DNA of 64,000 nucleotides from Planctomycetota bacterium. Lineage in GTDB: Bacteria > Planctomycetota > JAJSAM01 > JAJVHW01. The stretch's first letter is position 1; the number at the start of each line of letters is the position of its first letter. The stretch is from contig CBDFJG010000003.1 of the NCBI GenBank assembly GCA_965248445.1, forward strand, positions 288,001 to 352,000. Direction: 5' to 3'. The notes beneath the pieces are model-generated. The model made no database searches, was not told where the DNA came from, and saw only the letters and a list, made by a program, of their open reading frames with translations. The translations under genes were made by a program, and so were the position numbers. Below are positions 39,014 to 49,009 of this stretch, in pieces.

Positions 39014-41107
39014 GTGCCACCTGCCTCTCCCCACCGGGCGCACCGGGCCTCCTGGTTGCAGCGCCTGGCCACCCGCGCTCCCGAGGTCGCATTCCTCGGC
39101 CGTCTGCTGCTCTTCGGAGCGGTGGCGTTCGCGTGCGTCCGCGCACTGTTCGTCGTGTGCTTCTGGGATCGGCTCGCGGGCCTGGCGGCCGAGGACCTCG
39201 TGCGCGCATTCGCGGCCGGGGCATGGCGCGACGTCACGTTCCTCGCGTGGTTGCTGCTGCCGGTGTGGCTGCTGCTCTACGCCCCGCGTGCGAGTGCGGC
39301 GGGGCGCACGCGATTGCGTCGCGCGCTCCAGGTGTGGATCGGGTGCATCACCTTCCTGCTGCTGATTGGCGTGACGTCGGACTTCGCCCACTTCAGCGAG
39401 TTCGGCGTGCGGTTGAACGGCTCGTCCATCGACTACCTGCGGCAGCCCGTTCACCTGCTGACGGTGCTGCACCACGAGTTCTTCCTCGTTCCGGTGGTGC
39501 TGCTGCTCGTGGGGACCGCTTGGTACACGGCGCGGCGCGCCCGCCGGCACCTGCCGGATGTGCGGGATGCAGCTGTCGGGATGCGCCGCACTGCGGCGGC
39601 GGTGTCCGGGAGCGTGCTCGTGTCGCTCGTGCTGGGCGGAGCCGTTCCCGCATGGGCCGGATCGCACCCTGAGGTCGAGCCGTCGGCGACGTTCATCCCG
39701 CACAGCTACATCGCCAATCAACTCGCCCTCAACGGGCCGTCCGCGTTCGCCTCGGCGTTCCTCGAGGAGTTGCAGCCGGACGCGGCGCCGATCGCGCGTC
39801 TCGCATCGTTCCCGGACGTCGCCGCCGGTGCCGCTGTGCGTGCAGCGGTCACGACGGACACCGAGACGCGGTTGCCCGAGACACGTCACCCGCTGGGCCG
39901 CCGGTCGATCGGGCGGGCGCCGCGAACCGGTCGCAACGTGGTCGTCATCGTCATGGAGAGCCTGCACGCGCGGGGTGTCCGATCGCTCGGCGGCGAACAC
40001 GACGATGCGCCGCGATTTGACGAGCTCGCACGCGACGGCGTCCTCTTCACGGACTTCCACGCCGTCGGCACACGGACGAACCGGGGTCTCGCGGGCATCC
40101 TGGCGTCGCTGCCTTCGCTGCCCGGCCAGAGCCCCGTCTGCGCGCTGCGCCCCGGGGATCGGATGGAGACGCTGGCGGGCGTGCTCCGTCGGGCGGAGTA
40201 CCGGTCCGTGGCCGTCTACGGCGGGGACGGGCAGTACGACAACCTCAAGCAGTTCGCCGTCGGCAGCGGCTTTGACCGTCTCGTGGCGCTCGCCGACTTC
40301 AAGTCGCCGCGCCTGGTCACGGACTGGGGCGTGTGCGACGAGGACATGTTCGATCGCGCACTCGCAGAGTTCGGCGCGCTCGCCGACGACGGCGACCCGT
40401 TCTTCGGGTTCGCTCTCACCCTGTCCAATCACCGGCCGTATCTCGTGCCGCCGGGACGGGTCGACGAGGGCGACCCGGAGGATCCGCGGCGTGCCGAGCG
40501 CGTCGCGTTCCGCTACGCCGATCACGCGCTGGGTGCCTTCATGGACGCAGCGCGCGAAGAGCCTTGGTTTGACCACACGGTGTTCGTGATCGTCGCCGAC
40601 CACGGCCGTGACGCGCGGGGTGGTGTCGCGCCGGACGCCGAGAACTTCCGCGTGCCGCTGCTTCTCTACGCGCCGTTGATCCTCCCGCCGCGCCGGGTGG
40701 ACGCTCTCTGCAGCCAGATCGACGTTCTCCCGACGGTGCTCGGCCTCGTCGGCGGGGACCACACTCACTGCTCGTTCGGTCGCGACCTGCTCGCAGGACC
40801 CTCACCCGATCGAGCCATGATGTGCATCGGTGACGTCCTGCTCTGGCGGGAGCGCGATCTCCTCGCCGTGTGGCCTGCGCAGGGGCCGGTGGAGACCTTC
40901 GTCCTCGATCGGAACGGTGTGTTCTCACCGCTCCCTCCGGGCAGCCGCGGCGACGAGGCCGAGCGTCTCGAGCACCGGCTCCGGACCACCACACGCCTGG
41001 TCTGGGACGTGTCGCGTGGATCGCGTCACCACACCGGCGCGGAACTCCCGCCGAGCGGAGGTACGCCGCCCGACTCACCGGGGAACTCGTCGAGGGGCGA
41101 GCGTTAG
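39014..41107 (+). CDS. LTA synthase family / phosphoglycerol-transferase-like membrane sulfatase
   Basis: Five N-terminal TMs; NVVVIVMES, GTRTNRG, TLSNHRPY, YADHALG, VADHG and SQIDVLPT motifs. Confidence 0.85.
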   Translation: MPPASPHRAHRASWLQRLATRAPEVAFLGRLLLFGAVAFACVRALFVVCFWDRLAGLAAEDLVRAFAAGAWRDVTFLAWLLLPVWLLLYAPRASAAGRTRLRRALQVWIGCITFLLLIGVTSDFAHFSEFGVRLNGSSIDYLRQPVHLLTVLHHEFFLVPVVLLLVGTAWYTARRARRHLPDVRDAAVGMRRTAAAVSGSVLVSLVLGGAVPAWAGSHPEVEPSATFIPHSYIANQLALNGPSAFASAFLEELQPDAAPIARLASFPDVAAGAAVRAAVTTDTETRLPETRHPLGRRSIGRAPRTGRNVVVIVMESLHARGVRSLGGEHDDAPRFDELARDGVLFTDFHAVGTRTNRGLAGILASLPSLPGQSPVCALRPGDRMETLAGVLRRAEYRSVAVYGGDGQYDNLKQFAVGSGFDRLVALADFKSPRLVTDWGVCDEDMFDRALAEFGALADDGDPFFGFALTLSNHRPYLVPPGRVDEGDPEDPRRAERVAFRYADHALGAFMDAAREEPWFDHTVFVIVADHGRDARGGVAPDAENFRVPLLLYAPLILPPRRVDALCSQIDVLPTVLGLVGGDHTHCSFGRDLLAGPSPDRAMMCIGDVLLWRERDLLAVWPAQGPVETFVLDRNGVFSPLPPGSRGDEAERLEHRLRTTTRLVWDVSRGSRHHTGAELPPSGGTPPDSPGNSSRGER

Positions 41108-41118
41108 GATCGCTCGGA

Positions 41119-42030
41119 GTGACGGACGAGCTGCAGCCGATTCGCGCGTACCTCGCGCGCTGGACCCCGCGCGTCGAGGACGAACTCGAGCGAGTTCTTC
41201 CCCCCGCGACCGACGAGCCGCGCTCCGTCCACGAGGCCATGCGCTACAGCGTCCAGGCCGGTGGCAAGCGCTTGCGGCCCGCGCTGGTGTTGCTGGGCGC
41301 CCGCGCTGCCGGGGGAAAGGAGGAGGACGTGCTCGGCATCGCGTGTGCCGTCGAGTGCGTTCACACGTACAGCCTGATCCACGACGACCTTCCGGCCATG
41401 GACGACGACGACACGCGCCGCGGCCGTCCGTCCTGCCACCGGCAGTTCGGTGAGGCGGTCGCGATCCTCGCCGGTGACGCGCTGAACACGTTCGCGTTCG
41501 AGCTGCTGGCGCGGACTGCGCCGGATCCGGCGCGCGTTCCGGCTCTCGTGCAGACGCTCTGCCGCGCGGCGGGCACGGCGGGCATGGTCGGCGGTCAGTT
41601 GCGCGATCTCGAGGCGGCCGAGCGGGGTCGCGCGGATCCCGGACGGACGCCGGACGTCGACGAGGTGCGCGCGATCCATGCAGGCAAGACTGCGGCGCTG
41701 CTCACGGCTTCGCTTCAGCTCGGCGCGATCGCCGTCGGCGCGGACGCCGATCTGCTGGATGCGCTCGCGGCGGTCGGCGATCGCATCGGGCTCGCGTTCC
41801 AGATCGTGGACGACGTACTCGACGAAGAGGGCGACGCGCTCACGCTGGGCAAGTCGGCCGGCAAGGACCGCACGCAGGGCAAGGCAACGTATCCCGCGGC
41901 GGTGGGAGTGGCTCAGTCCCGGGCGGTCGCCGCGGATCTGGTGCGCGACGCCGAGACCGCGCTCGACGGACGTCCGGGCAGCGAACTCCTCGCGAGTCTC
42001 GGCGCGTACGTGCTGGAGCGGAGCTCGTGA
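41119..42030 (+). CDS. ispA: Polyprenyl (farnesyl/geranylgeranyl) diphosphate synthase
   Basis: GGKRLRP, SLIHDDLPAMDDDDTRRG, GLAFQIVDDVLD and GKSAGKD motifs. Confidence 0.9.
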   Translation: MTDELQPIRAYLARWTPRVEDELERVLPPATDEPRSVHEAMRYSVQAGGKRLRPALVLLGARAAGGKEEDVLGIACAVECVHTYSLIHDDLPAMDDDDTRRGRPSCHRQFGEAVAILAGDALNTFAFELLARTAPDPARVPALVQTLCRAAGTAGMVGGQLRDLEAAERGRADPGRTPDVDEVRAIHAGKTAALLTASLQLGAIAVGADADLLDALAAVGDRIGLAFQIVDDVLDEEGDALTLGKSAGKDRTQGKATYPAAVGVAQSRAVAADLVRDAETALDGRPGSELLASLGAYVLERSS

Positions 42031-42878
42031 AGAAGCGGCGCCTACAGGTGGTGGGGGACGGACGTCGCGAGGCTGTCGCCACCGCAGCACCCGCGTTGCT
42101 CGAACTTCTCGGCGACCGCGTCAACGTGATCGGCGTCGACCTGGATCAGAGCGCGGACCTCTCGGGCCTGGATGCGGATCTCGTTGTCGTGCTCGGCGGC
42201 GACGGCGCTATCCTCTCCGCATCGCGTCGTCTCCACGGGAGCAAGGCGCCGGTCCTCGGCGTCAATTTCGGGAAGTTGGGGTTCCTCGCCGCGCTGCGGG
42301 AGAACGAGCTCACGGAGAGGGCCCGGCAGGTGATTGCGCACGGCCGCTACGTGGTCTCGAGACGCATGACGCTCGCCGTGCAGGTGTACCGGGCCGATGG
42401 TTCGCGCGAGGCCATCGTGCGCGCCCTGAACGACGCAGTGGTCGAGCGCTGGGATGCGCGTTCCCTGTCGGTCGAGTTCATCGTGGACGGTGAGACCGCC
42501 ACGACCTGCCGCGGCGATGGCGTGATCGTGGCGACGCCGACGGGCAGCACGGCGCACAGCCTCTCGGCAGGCGGGCCGCTCGTCGAACCCTCGCTCCATG
42601 CCCTCGTTGTCTCCCCGATATGCGCCCACAGCGTCTCGAACCGTCCTCTCGTGCTCTCTCCGCGGCAGCAGGTGGTCTTGCGGGTGCTCGGCGGTTCCAA
42701 GCGTCCCGGCTTGGCTGTCGACGGCCAGGAGCTGTTCGACCTCGCGGTCGGCGACGAGGTGCGCGTGCGCCGCTCCCGTCTGCCGTTCCTGCTGGCGCTG
42801 CCGGAGGACCGCACCTTCTTCGACGTGCTCCGCACCCGGCTGCACTGGGCCGGCCAACCGCCGTACGAGACGGATTGA
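42027..42878 (+). CDS. nadK: NAD(+) kinase
   Basis: LGGDG, GVNFGKLGFL, ALND and DGVIVATPTGSTAHSLSAGGP motifs. Confidence 0.92.
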   Translation: MKKRRLQVVGDGRREAVATAAPALLELLGDRVNVIGVDLDQSADLSGLDADLVVVLGGDGAILSASRRLHGSKAPVLGVNFGKLGFLAALRENELTERARQVIAHGRYVVSRRMTLAVQVYRADGSREAIVRALNDAVVERWDARSLSVEFIVDGETATTCRGDGVIVATPTGSTAHSLSAGGPLVEPSLHALVVSPICAHSVSNRPLVLSPRQQVVLRVLGGSKRPGLAVDGQELFDLAVGDEVRVRRSRLPFLLALPEDRTFFDVLRTRLHWAGQPPYETD

Positions 42879-43795
42879 GTCCCTCACGAGCGCTGACGCT
42901 GCTCGCGCCGCTCCTGCTCACGTGTTGCTACGGCGAGCCGCCCGGTCCGTACGCGGCGGACCCGGGCGACCGCGTGACGCTCACCGTGCAGATCGGCGAA
43001 CAACTCGACGGCCGGTACATCACGACCGCCGCCAAAGAACTGCGGTACGCACTCGACGGACGCGTGGGCGACGACGGGGCGGTGCACGCGCGCCTGCTGT
43101 GGCTCGAGCTCGACTACGTGAATGGCGAAGACAAGACCACCGTTGCCATCGGCCCCGGGGGGCGGCCGCCGACGGGCAAAGGCGAGGAACTGGCGCGCGC
43201 CGCGGTTCTCGAATCCCTGCGCGACCGTGAGTTCACTTACCGGCTCGACCCGGTCACGGGACTCGTCGGCCTGCCTGGACTGCAGGCGGCGTTCGAGGAT
43301 GCCGTGAAGCAGGCGCAGAGGGTCGGTGACCCCGCGGTCGCGAGTCTCGTCGCGGGTGTCGGCGCGTCATTGTCGGAGTGGTTCCGCGAGGAACCGCTCG
43401 TCGAACTGCTTCGCGCTGCCGGACTCGCGGCGCCGCCCGCCGATCTGCACACCAAGTGGGGCGGAGAGGAACGGCTGATTCCCATACACCTGCCGGGACG
43501 CGGGGACACGCACGTTCGCGCGATCGGCACCCCGGCAGAGGCGCACGACGGTTCGCCGGTGGTGCAACTCGACGGAGTCGGTTCGCCGGGGCTCGAGTTC
43601 ACCGGCGATCCGGGGCCGGCGCCGCCGGACGGGATTGGCGAGGCCGACCCCGCGTCCGTGAAGGTGGAGGTGGAGACGATCTACGACCGCGAGACGGATC
43701 AACCGCTGCGCGGTCATGTCAACGCCGAGTTCTCGTACATGAAGGCGTTCCGGGTGCGCCGCACGACCGGCTTCAACCTGGTCATCTCCGAGTGA
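42875..43795 (+). CDS. Hypothetical exported protein or lipoprotein
   Basis: TTG start overlapping the nadK stop; LTLLAPLLLTCC signal; host-like codon usage; its stop overlaps the next start. Confidence 0.65.
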   Translation: MSPSRALTLLAPLLLTCCYGEPPGPYAADPGDRVTLTVQIGEQLDGRYITTAAKELRYALDGRVGDDGAVHARLLWLELDYVNGEDKTTVAIGPGGRPPTGKGEELARAAVLESLRDREFTYRLDPVTGLVGLPGLQAAFEDAVKQAQRVGDPAVASLVAGVGASLSEWFREEPLVELLRAAGLAAPPADLHTKWGGEERLIPIHLPGRGDTHVRAIGTPAEAHDGSPVVQLDGVGSPGLEFTGDPGPAPPDGIGEADPASVKVEVETIYDRETDQPLRGHVNAEFSYMKAFRVRRTTGFNLVISE

Positions 43796-44670
43796 GCGAG
43801 CGCGTTACGGCCGTCTTCGACGAGGAGTTCCTGGCAGCTCTCGGACGTCTGCGTCTCGCGCTGTCACGCGCACGTGCCGCCGACGCGCCGGGCGGGCGTC
43901 GCGCCGGAAGGCGGGGCAGCGGCGTCGAGTTCGCCGAGCATCGCGCGTACGCACCCGGCGACGAGTTGCGCCATGTCGACTGGTCGGCCTACGCGCGCAC
44001 GGGGCGCCTCTTCGTCAAGCGGTTCGAGCAGGAGGACGAGCCCCGCGTTCTGATCGTCGTGGACGGGAGCGCCTCCATGGCCACCGGCCGGAAGCTCCGC
44101 GCCGCGCAGCACGTCGCGTACGCAGTCGCGCACCTCGCGCTCGAGGAGGGTGCGCGTGTGCGCGTGGCGGTGGCGCGGGGCGGAGAACTCGACGTGTCGA
44201 AACCCGTCACCTCTCCTGCGCGGGCCTCGGACGCGGCGCGGTTCCTCGCACACATCGACGCGCGAGATGCGACCGACCTCGATGCATCGCTGCGCAAGCT
44301 CCCCCCCGCCCCGCCGGGTTCCCGCGTCGTGTTCGTGCTGTCCGATCTGCTGGCGGCGGACGACGGACGGCAAGCGGCCGCCGCCCGCGGAGTGTCGGGG
44401 GACGAGGTGTGCGTGCTCCACCTCGCGGCGCGGGAGGATCGCGTGTTCGGCGACCGACCGCTCCTGATGGTGGACAGCGAGACGGGCGAGCGGTTGTCCG
44501 TCGACGGGCCGACGGCGACGCGGCTGGCGGCTGCACACGCGGGTCGGACCGAGGAGGCCTGGCGGTCGGTTGCCTCCCGCCACCGCGTGCGCTACGTCCC
44601 GGTCGATGCGTCGTGGTCTCTCGAGGAGATCGTGCTGCGCCGACTGCGCACGGCCGGCGTGGTGGCATGA
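43792..44670 (+). CDS. DUF58 domain protein (MoxR-associated, vWA-like)
   Basis: GSGVEFAEHRAYAPGDELRHVDW, VDGSASM and LSDL motifs. Confidence 0.9.
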   Translation: MSERVTAVFDEEFLAALGRLRLALSRARAADAPGGRRAGRRGSGVEFAEHRAYAPGDELRHVDWSAYARTGRLFVKRFEQEDEPRVLIVVDGSASMATGRKLRAAQHVAYAVAHLALEEGARVRVAVARGGELDVSKPVTSPARASDAARFLAHIDARDATDLDASLRKLPPAPPGSRVVFVLSDLLAADDGRQAAAARGVSGDEVCVLHLAAREDRVFGDRPLLMVDSETGERLSVDGPTATRLAAAHAGRTEEAWRSVASRHRVRYVPVDASWSLEEIVLRRLRTAGVVA

Positions 44671-46247
44671 CGTTCGACCGTCCGCTCGCACTCCTGCTCC
44701 TACTCGCAGTGCCGTTGCTGTGGTGGCTGCACCGCCGCATGCGCGGACCACTGGAGGTCGTCGTGGCGAGTGTGCTGCCGTTCATCGCCGCCGCCGATCC
44801 GGACGCGCACGTGGCCCGGCGCCGGCCGCTCGACATCGAGTTGTTCTGCCTGCTGGGCGCGACGGTGGCCCTGTCGGCGGCGGCTGCCGGGGTCGTCTTC
44901 GGCGGTGCGGAGCCGCGCATAGCGGTGGTCATGGACGAGTCCGCGTCCATGCTCGCGCTACGCGAGAGCGGACGGACTGGCCTGGGCGAAGCGCTGGCAC
45001 GGGTGGAGCGCGCCGCTGGGGACACCGAGCTCCTAAGGCTGTGGCTCGTCACACCGGAGCCGAGACCGGATCCCACCGACCGGCGGTTGCCGCGGCTGGT
45101 CCCGGACGGGCTGCCTCAGTCGGCCGCAGAGCGCCTCGAACTGGCGCAAGGGCTCGGCGCGCGCCGCATCGTCCTGCTCACGGACCGCGAGATGGAGTCG
45201 ACTCCCGACATCCTTGTCGTCGGGCCGGGGACTCCGCCCGCGAAGTCGGCACGCATAGCGTCCGTCGTACTCGCTGACGACGAGACGATCGCGGTGCTGC
45301 TGGACTGGGGGGACCTCGGTGCGGCGGAGGTCGAGCTGAGCTACGCCGAGGAGGACGCGGAACCCGCCACCGTTCGGCGCGCGGCGGCCGGCACGCCTCG
45401 GGTCGACTTTCCCGCACCCACGCGCGGCGATTTCGAGGTGACCGCGCGCTGGTTCGCCGGCTCGGGCACGGAGCTCGTGCCCGGGGACCGGAACGCGCAG
45501 CTGGTCACTGCGCGGCGTACGGGCCGGATCGCCGCGGTGTTCGTCGGAGCAGCTGACGGTGGCGAGTCACCGCGCCTCGCTGCGGCGTTCGACGCACTGG
45601 GTGTCCGGCTCACGAATCGTGGCGAGGCCGATGCGGTCGTGTACGTGGGCGGTCACTATGGAACGAGCGATGGCCCGCCGGCTCCCGACCTCTGGCTTGC
45701 GCAGGAGTGGGGCGCACCGGAGCGCGTCCCGGCGGAGGAGATCTCCTTCCGCGGCGTGCTGTCCAGCGTCTCGCCGCGCGACGGGACGGTTCTGATCAGT
45801 CGCGCCCGCATCGGAGCCGAGACCCCTGAAGAGACCCGTGAAGAGACCGCGGACCAGCGGCGTGTCGTCGCGCGCGACTCCCGCGGCGTGCTCGCCCGAA
45901 CGGGCGAGTTCACGGAGTCCTCGCTCGATCCTGAGCATGCCGAGTCGACGTGGCACACCGATCCGTCGTTCCTGGTCTTCGTCGGGTCCGTCCTGGACCA
46001 CATCGCCGGTGCGCGGGACGGCCTGGTGATCCTGCGGGCCGTTCCGGAGGGGGAGGGCGCGGGACCTGCGAGAGCCTCCGAGCTCGCGGCCGAGGACCTG
46101 GCTGCCCTCGCCTTCGTTCCCGAGGACGGACCGCGGTTCCCGCTGGGACGACTCCTGGCCGGGCTCGGCGCCGCGCTCGCGCTCGCGGCTTCGCTGGTCG
46201 CGTCCCGGCGCGTTTTCGGTGCCCGGCTGTCCCCGCGCGCGGGATGA
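44667..46247 (+). CDS. BatA-domain / vWA-like membrane protein
   Basis: MTFDRPLALLLLLAVPLLWWLH N-terminus, DESASM MIDAS-like motif and a C-terminal TM. Confidence 0.75.
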   Translation: MTFDRPLALLLLLAVPLLWWLHRRMRGPLEVVVASVLPFIAAADPDAHVARRRPLDIELFCLLGATVALSAAAAGVVFGGAEPRIAVVMDESASMLALRESGRTGLGEALARVERAAGDTELLRLWLVTPEPRPDPTDRRLPRLVPDGLPQSAAERLELAQGLGARRIVLLTDREMESTPDILVVGPGTPPAKSARIASVVLADDETIAVLLDWGDLGAAEVELSYAEEDAEPATVRRAAAGTPRVDFPAPTRGDFEVTARWFAGSGTELVPGDRNAQLVTARRTGRIAAVFVGAADGGESPRLAAAFDALGVRLTNRGEADAVVYVGGHYGTSDGPPAPDLWLAQEWGAPERVPAEEISFRGVLSSVSPRDGTVLISRARIGAETPEETREETADQRRVVARDSRGVLARTGEFTESSLDPEHAESTWHTDPSFLVFVGSVLDHIAGARDGLVILRAVPEGEGAGPARASELAAEDLAALAFVPEDGPRFPLGRLLAGLGAALALAASLVASRRVFGARLSPRAG

Positions 46248-46873
46248 TGGACTCCTGGCTACTGATCGCGGCGGAGGAGGGGAGCGGCATGAGCACCTGG
46301 GTTGTCGTCGCGCTGCTCCTCGTCGTCGTCGTGCAGACGATCTTGCTGATCGGGCTCGTGCTCAACGTCAACAAGATCCTCGACCGCGCGTCGGGCATCC
46401 GGCGCCAGCTCAAGGACACGGAGGACAGCGGTCTCGGTGCCCAGTTCACCGAGGCGATCTCGCAGCTCGAGAGCCTCGCCGTGTCGCTGGATCGCGTGGC
46501 GGAACGCTGCGAGACGATCGAGACGACCGTGCGGGAGGCGGGCAGCGGCGAGCGCGGCGCCGGGATGGCGCCGGAGGCCGTCGAGGCGATGAGTGCCAGC
46601 GTGGCATCGTTGAAGGCGCCGCTCGACGAGATCCGCGGTCTGCTCGGTCGCACCAAGACCGAACGCGTCGCCGACGAGATCAAGCGCACGCTGCACAACA
46701 TGGGCTTTGACGTCGTCACCATCAAGACCGACCTCGCCGCGATGGACGAGGAAGACGGCAAGGTGCAGGTCGAGGTCGCCAAGGACGGCGTCACGTCGAA
46801 GGGCTACGTCGTCATCCGCGACGGTGGGGTGGTGGATCAGAAGATCTCGAAGCCGTACGAGATGTTCCCTTAA
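46244..46873 (+). CDS. Hypothetical membrane protein with coiled-coil
   Basis: Single N-terminal TM then heptad-like region; start coupled to the upstream stop. Confidence 0.7.
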   Translation: MMDSWLLIAAEEGSGMSTWVVVALLLVVVVQTILLIGLVLNVNKILDRASGIRRQLKDTEDSGLGAQFTEAISQLESLAVSLDRVAERCETIETTVREAGSGERGAGMAPEAVEAMSASVASLKAPLDEIRGLLGRTKTERVADEIKRTLHNMGFDVVTIKTDLAAMDEEDGKVQVEVAKDGVTSKGYVVIRDGGVVDQKISKPYEMFP

Positions 46874-46905
46874 CTCCGGCGGAGCCGGCGTTAAGGGAAC
46901 ATCTC
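46859..46905. terminator. Long hairpin overlapping the gene end
   Basis: GAGATGTTCCCTTAAC / GTTAAGGGAACATCTC 16-bp IR around CCGGC-GGA-GCCGG. Confidence 0.55.
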
Positions 46906-46965
46906 TTGTCACGCGGCTTGCGTGGCAACCCGCGCGCCAACGGCTTCTCGAGCGTTTCCCCCCTG

Positions 46966-47050
46966 CGCGGTCTCCGACCGCTACGGAGGGCTTCGGTCAC
47001 GGCGCTTGCTACGCAACCACCGCGCCCTCCGCGATTCACGCAACGAGTGC
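46966..47050. repeat. Dispersed ~85-bp palindromic repeat (copy B)
   Basis: Homologous to 36625-36708. Confidence 0.8.
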
Positions 47051-47119
47051 GGGGAGGCCGTGTAGGGGCGGACCTCCCGGTCCGCCCGGATCGGTGCGGA
47101 GCTCGATGTGCGAACGCGA

Positions 47120-48094
47120 TCAGTCCACGTTCGGGGGCGTGTCCTTGCCCTTCTTCTTCTTCCCGCCGGCGCGGTCCATGCGCTTGCGCATGCGTTCCTG
47201 CATCTGCTGGTAGACGTCGCCGAGGGCGGCGAGCTGCGCTTCGTCCAGCGTGCCGCTCAGCTCGTCGTACAGTGCGACCTTCGATTCCTGGAACAGCGCC
47301 CCCGCTTCCTCGCGAGTGAGGCCGTCTTCGCGCGCGCGTCGCAGGACGTCCTTCTGGCGCTTGCGGTGGTTCTGCAACGCGGCCGAGACCGCCTTTGTCT
47401 GCACCTTGTCGAGATCGAGTTCACGCTTGAGTTCTTCGAGAACGCGGCGGTCCTGGCGGCGTGCCATGTCCGAACGCTGCTGGGCGCGCTTCTTTCCGGC
47501 CCGCTCCGCGTCGTCGGCCAACCGTGTGAGGGTCTTGCCCGCCTGGCCGGTCGCCGTGCCGGCGGCGGCGCGCAGTTGCGGCGCCGCGGCGGGACCGAGC
47601 GCGCGGATCGCAGCGACGACACTGCGCGTGACGGCGGGGTCCGCGGCGCCGGTCGTGTCGGCGAGCGACGAGATCAGCCGGTTCAGCCACTCCGCTGCTG
47701 CGGGGGTCAGGCTGGCCGGGTCCGCGGTGCGCGCGGCGAGCTTCTTCTTCCGCTTGACCTCCGCCGGCTTCTCGGCATCCATCTCGTCTCTGTCCATCCC
47801 ATCGCCCATCGCATCCCCACCGGCGCCCTTCTTGGGTACGGGATCCGCCGCCGGCACCGGCCGCGCGACCTGCGTGATGCTCGCGACCTTCGACCGCGGA
47901 TAGGCCCGCAGGACTCCGTTCGAGCGCACGGACACGAGGTCGTCGTCCTGTCCGACGATCTCACCCTCGATCCGACTGCCGTCCTTCAGGACGACCACGT
48001 CGAGGGTCGCCTCGTCGCCGGCGGCGGCGGGCAGGGCTGTCGAGACACAGAGCACGGCGGCGAGCGCGAGGGGGGCGAGCGAGAGACGGCGCAT
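47120..48094 (-). CDS. Secreted hypothetical protein
   Basis: AGGAGG RBS; signal peptide; DVVVLKDGSRIEGEIV N-terminal domain; helical C-terminus. Confidence 0.75.
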   Translation of the reverse strand: MRRLSLAPLALAAVLCVSTALPAAAGDEATLDVVVLKDGSRIEGEIVGQDDDLVSVRSNGVLRAYPRSKVASITQVARPVPAADPVPKKGAGGDAMGDGMDRDEMDAEKPAEVKRKKKLAARTADPASLTPAAAEWLNRLISSLADTTGAADPAVTRSVVAAIRALGPAAAPQLRAAAGTATGQAGKTLTRLADDAERAGKKRAQQRSDMARRQDRRVLEELKRELDLDKVQTKAVSAALQNHRKRQKDVLRRAREDGLTREEAGALFQESKVALYDELSGTLDEAQLAALGDVYQQMQERMRKRMDRAGGKKKKGKDTPPNVD

Positions 48095-48295
48095 GATCGA
48101 ACCTCCTGTCGGCGACGGTGCCGCAGCCCATTCTGGCCCATCCGCTGACACGGATGGCGCGGCATCCCAGAAACCCGCCGCGACCGCCCCGGTTCCGCCG
48201 CGAGGCCGTGCCGAGGCTGGATACGAGGCTGCATCAAGTCCCGGTGGGCGAGGTGCCGATGAGATGGTGCCGGACTCTCGGAGGGGCCGTTACTC

Positions 48296-48688
48296 ATGAG
48301 CTATCGCATCCTGGTTGTCGACGACGAAGCCTATGTGCGTGACATGCTGAACCGCGTGTTGCGTCGCGGGGAGCACCAGGTGCAGCTCGTCGCCACCGCC
48401 GAGGATGCGCTGCGGTCCCTCTCGACCGAGACGTTCGACGTCGTCATCACCGACGTGGTGATGCCCGGGATGGGGGGCTTCGAGCTGCTCCGCCGGGTGA
48501 AGGCCATGCGGCCCGACGTGAAGGTCCTGGTGCTCACCGGGTACGCCCGGAAGCAGAGCATCTCGGACTTCCTGCTCTACGGCGCCGACGGCTACCTCAG
48601 CAAGCCGTTCCAGGTGGACGCGCTCCTGCGCGAGGTCGCCCGCGTCGCCGGAGCCGGCGACGACGCTCCCGCCTCGACCGCCGTCTAG
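48296..48688 (+). CDS. Stand-alone response regulator (receiver only)
   Basis: ILVVDDE, DVVMPGM, LTG and YLSKPF motifs. Confidence 0.9.
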   Translation: MSYRILVVDDEAYVRDMLNRVLRRGEHQVQLVATAEDALRSLSTETFDVVITDVVMPGMGGFELLRRVKAMRPDVKVLVLTGYARKQSISDFLLYGADGYLSKPFQVDALLREVARVAGAGDDAPASTAV

Positions 48689-48876
48689 CCCGCCTCCCGA
48701 CCGGAGTTCGTTCCGATCCCCGTGCAACCCCGGTGAGCGAGGCGGGCGGGGCTCGAGCCCGGACCACGGAGTCCGTGGATCGCCCCGATAGCGACCGTTC
48801 TCTGCCCTGGCAACGGTCGTTCCGCCCTCCCGGGAGCCCGGCGCCACAACCAGGCTCAGCCCTCCCGCTCAAGGCT

Positions 48877-48893
48877 CGGGCACGGCCATTGCT
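48877..48893 (+). promoter_or_regulatory. Candidate sigma-54 (-24/-12) promoter
   Basis: CGGGCACGGCCATTGCT: GG-N10-GC spacing with CACG and TTGCT. Confidence 0.5.
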
Positions 48894-48938
48894 GTTCCGA
48901 GGCTGGGGAGGGCTTCAGGTCCGGCCGATTTCCTCTGC

Positions 48939-48966
48939 TTGACCGCCCACCCACCCCACCTACAAT
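48939..48966 (+). promoter_or_regulatory. Candidate sigma-70 promoter
   Basis: TTGACC-16 nt-TACAAT upstream of ATG 49010. Confidence 0.55.
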
Positions 48967-49009
48967 TCGATCGAGCGGATCTCGAACCCTCATCCGTGGG
49001 AGAACCCCT

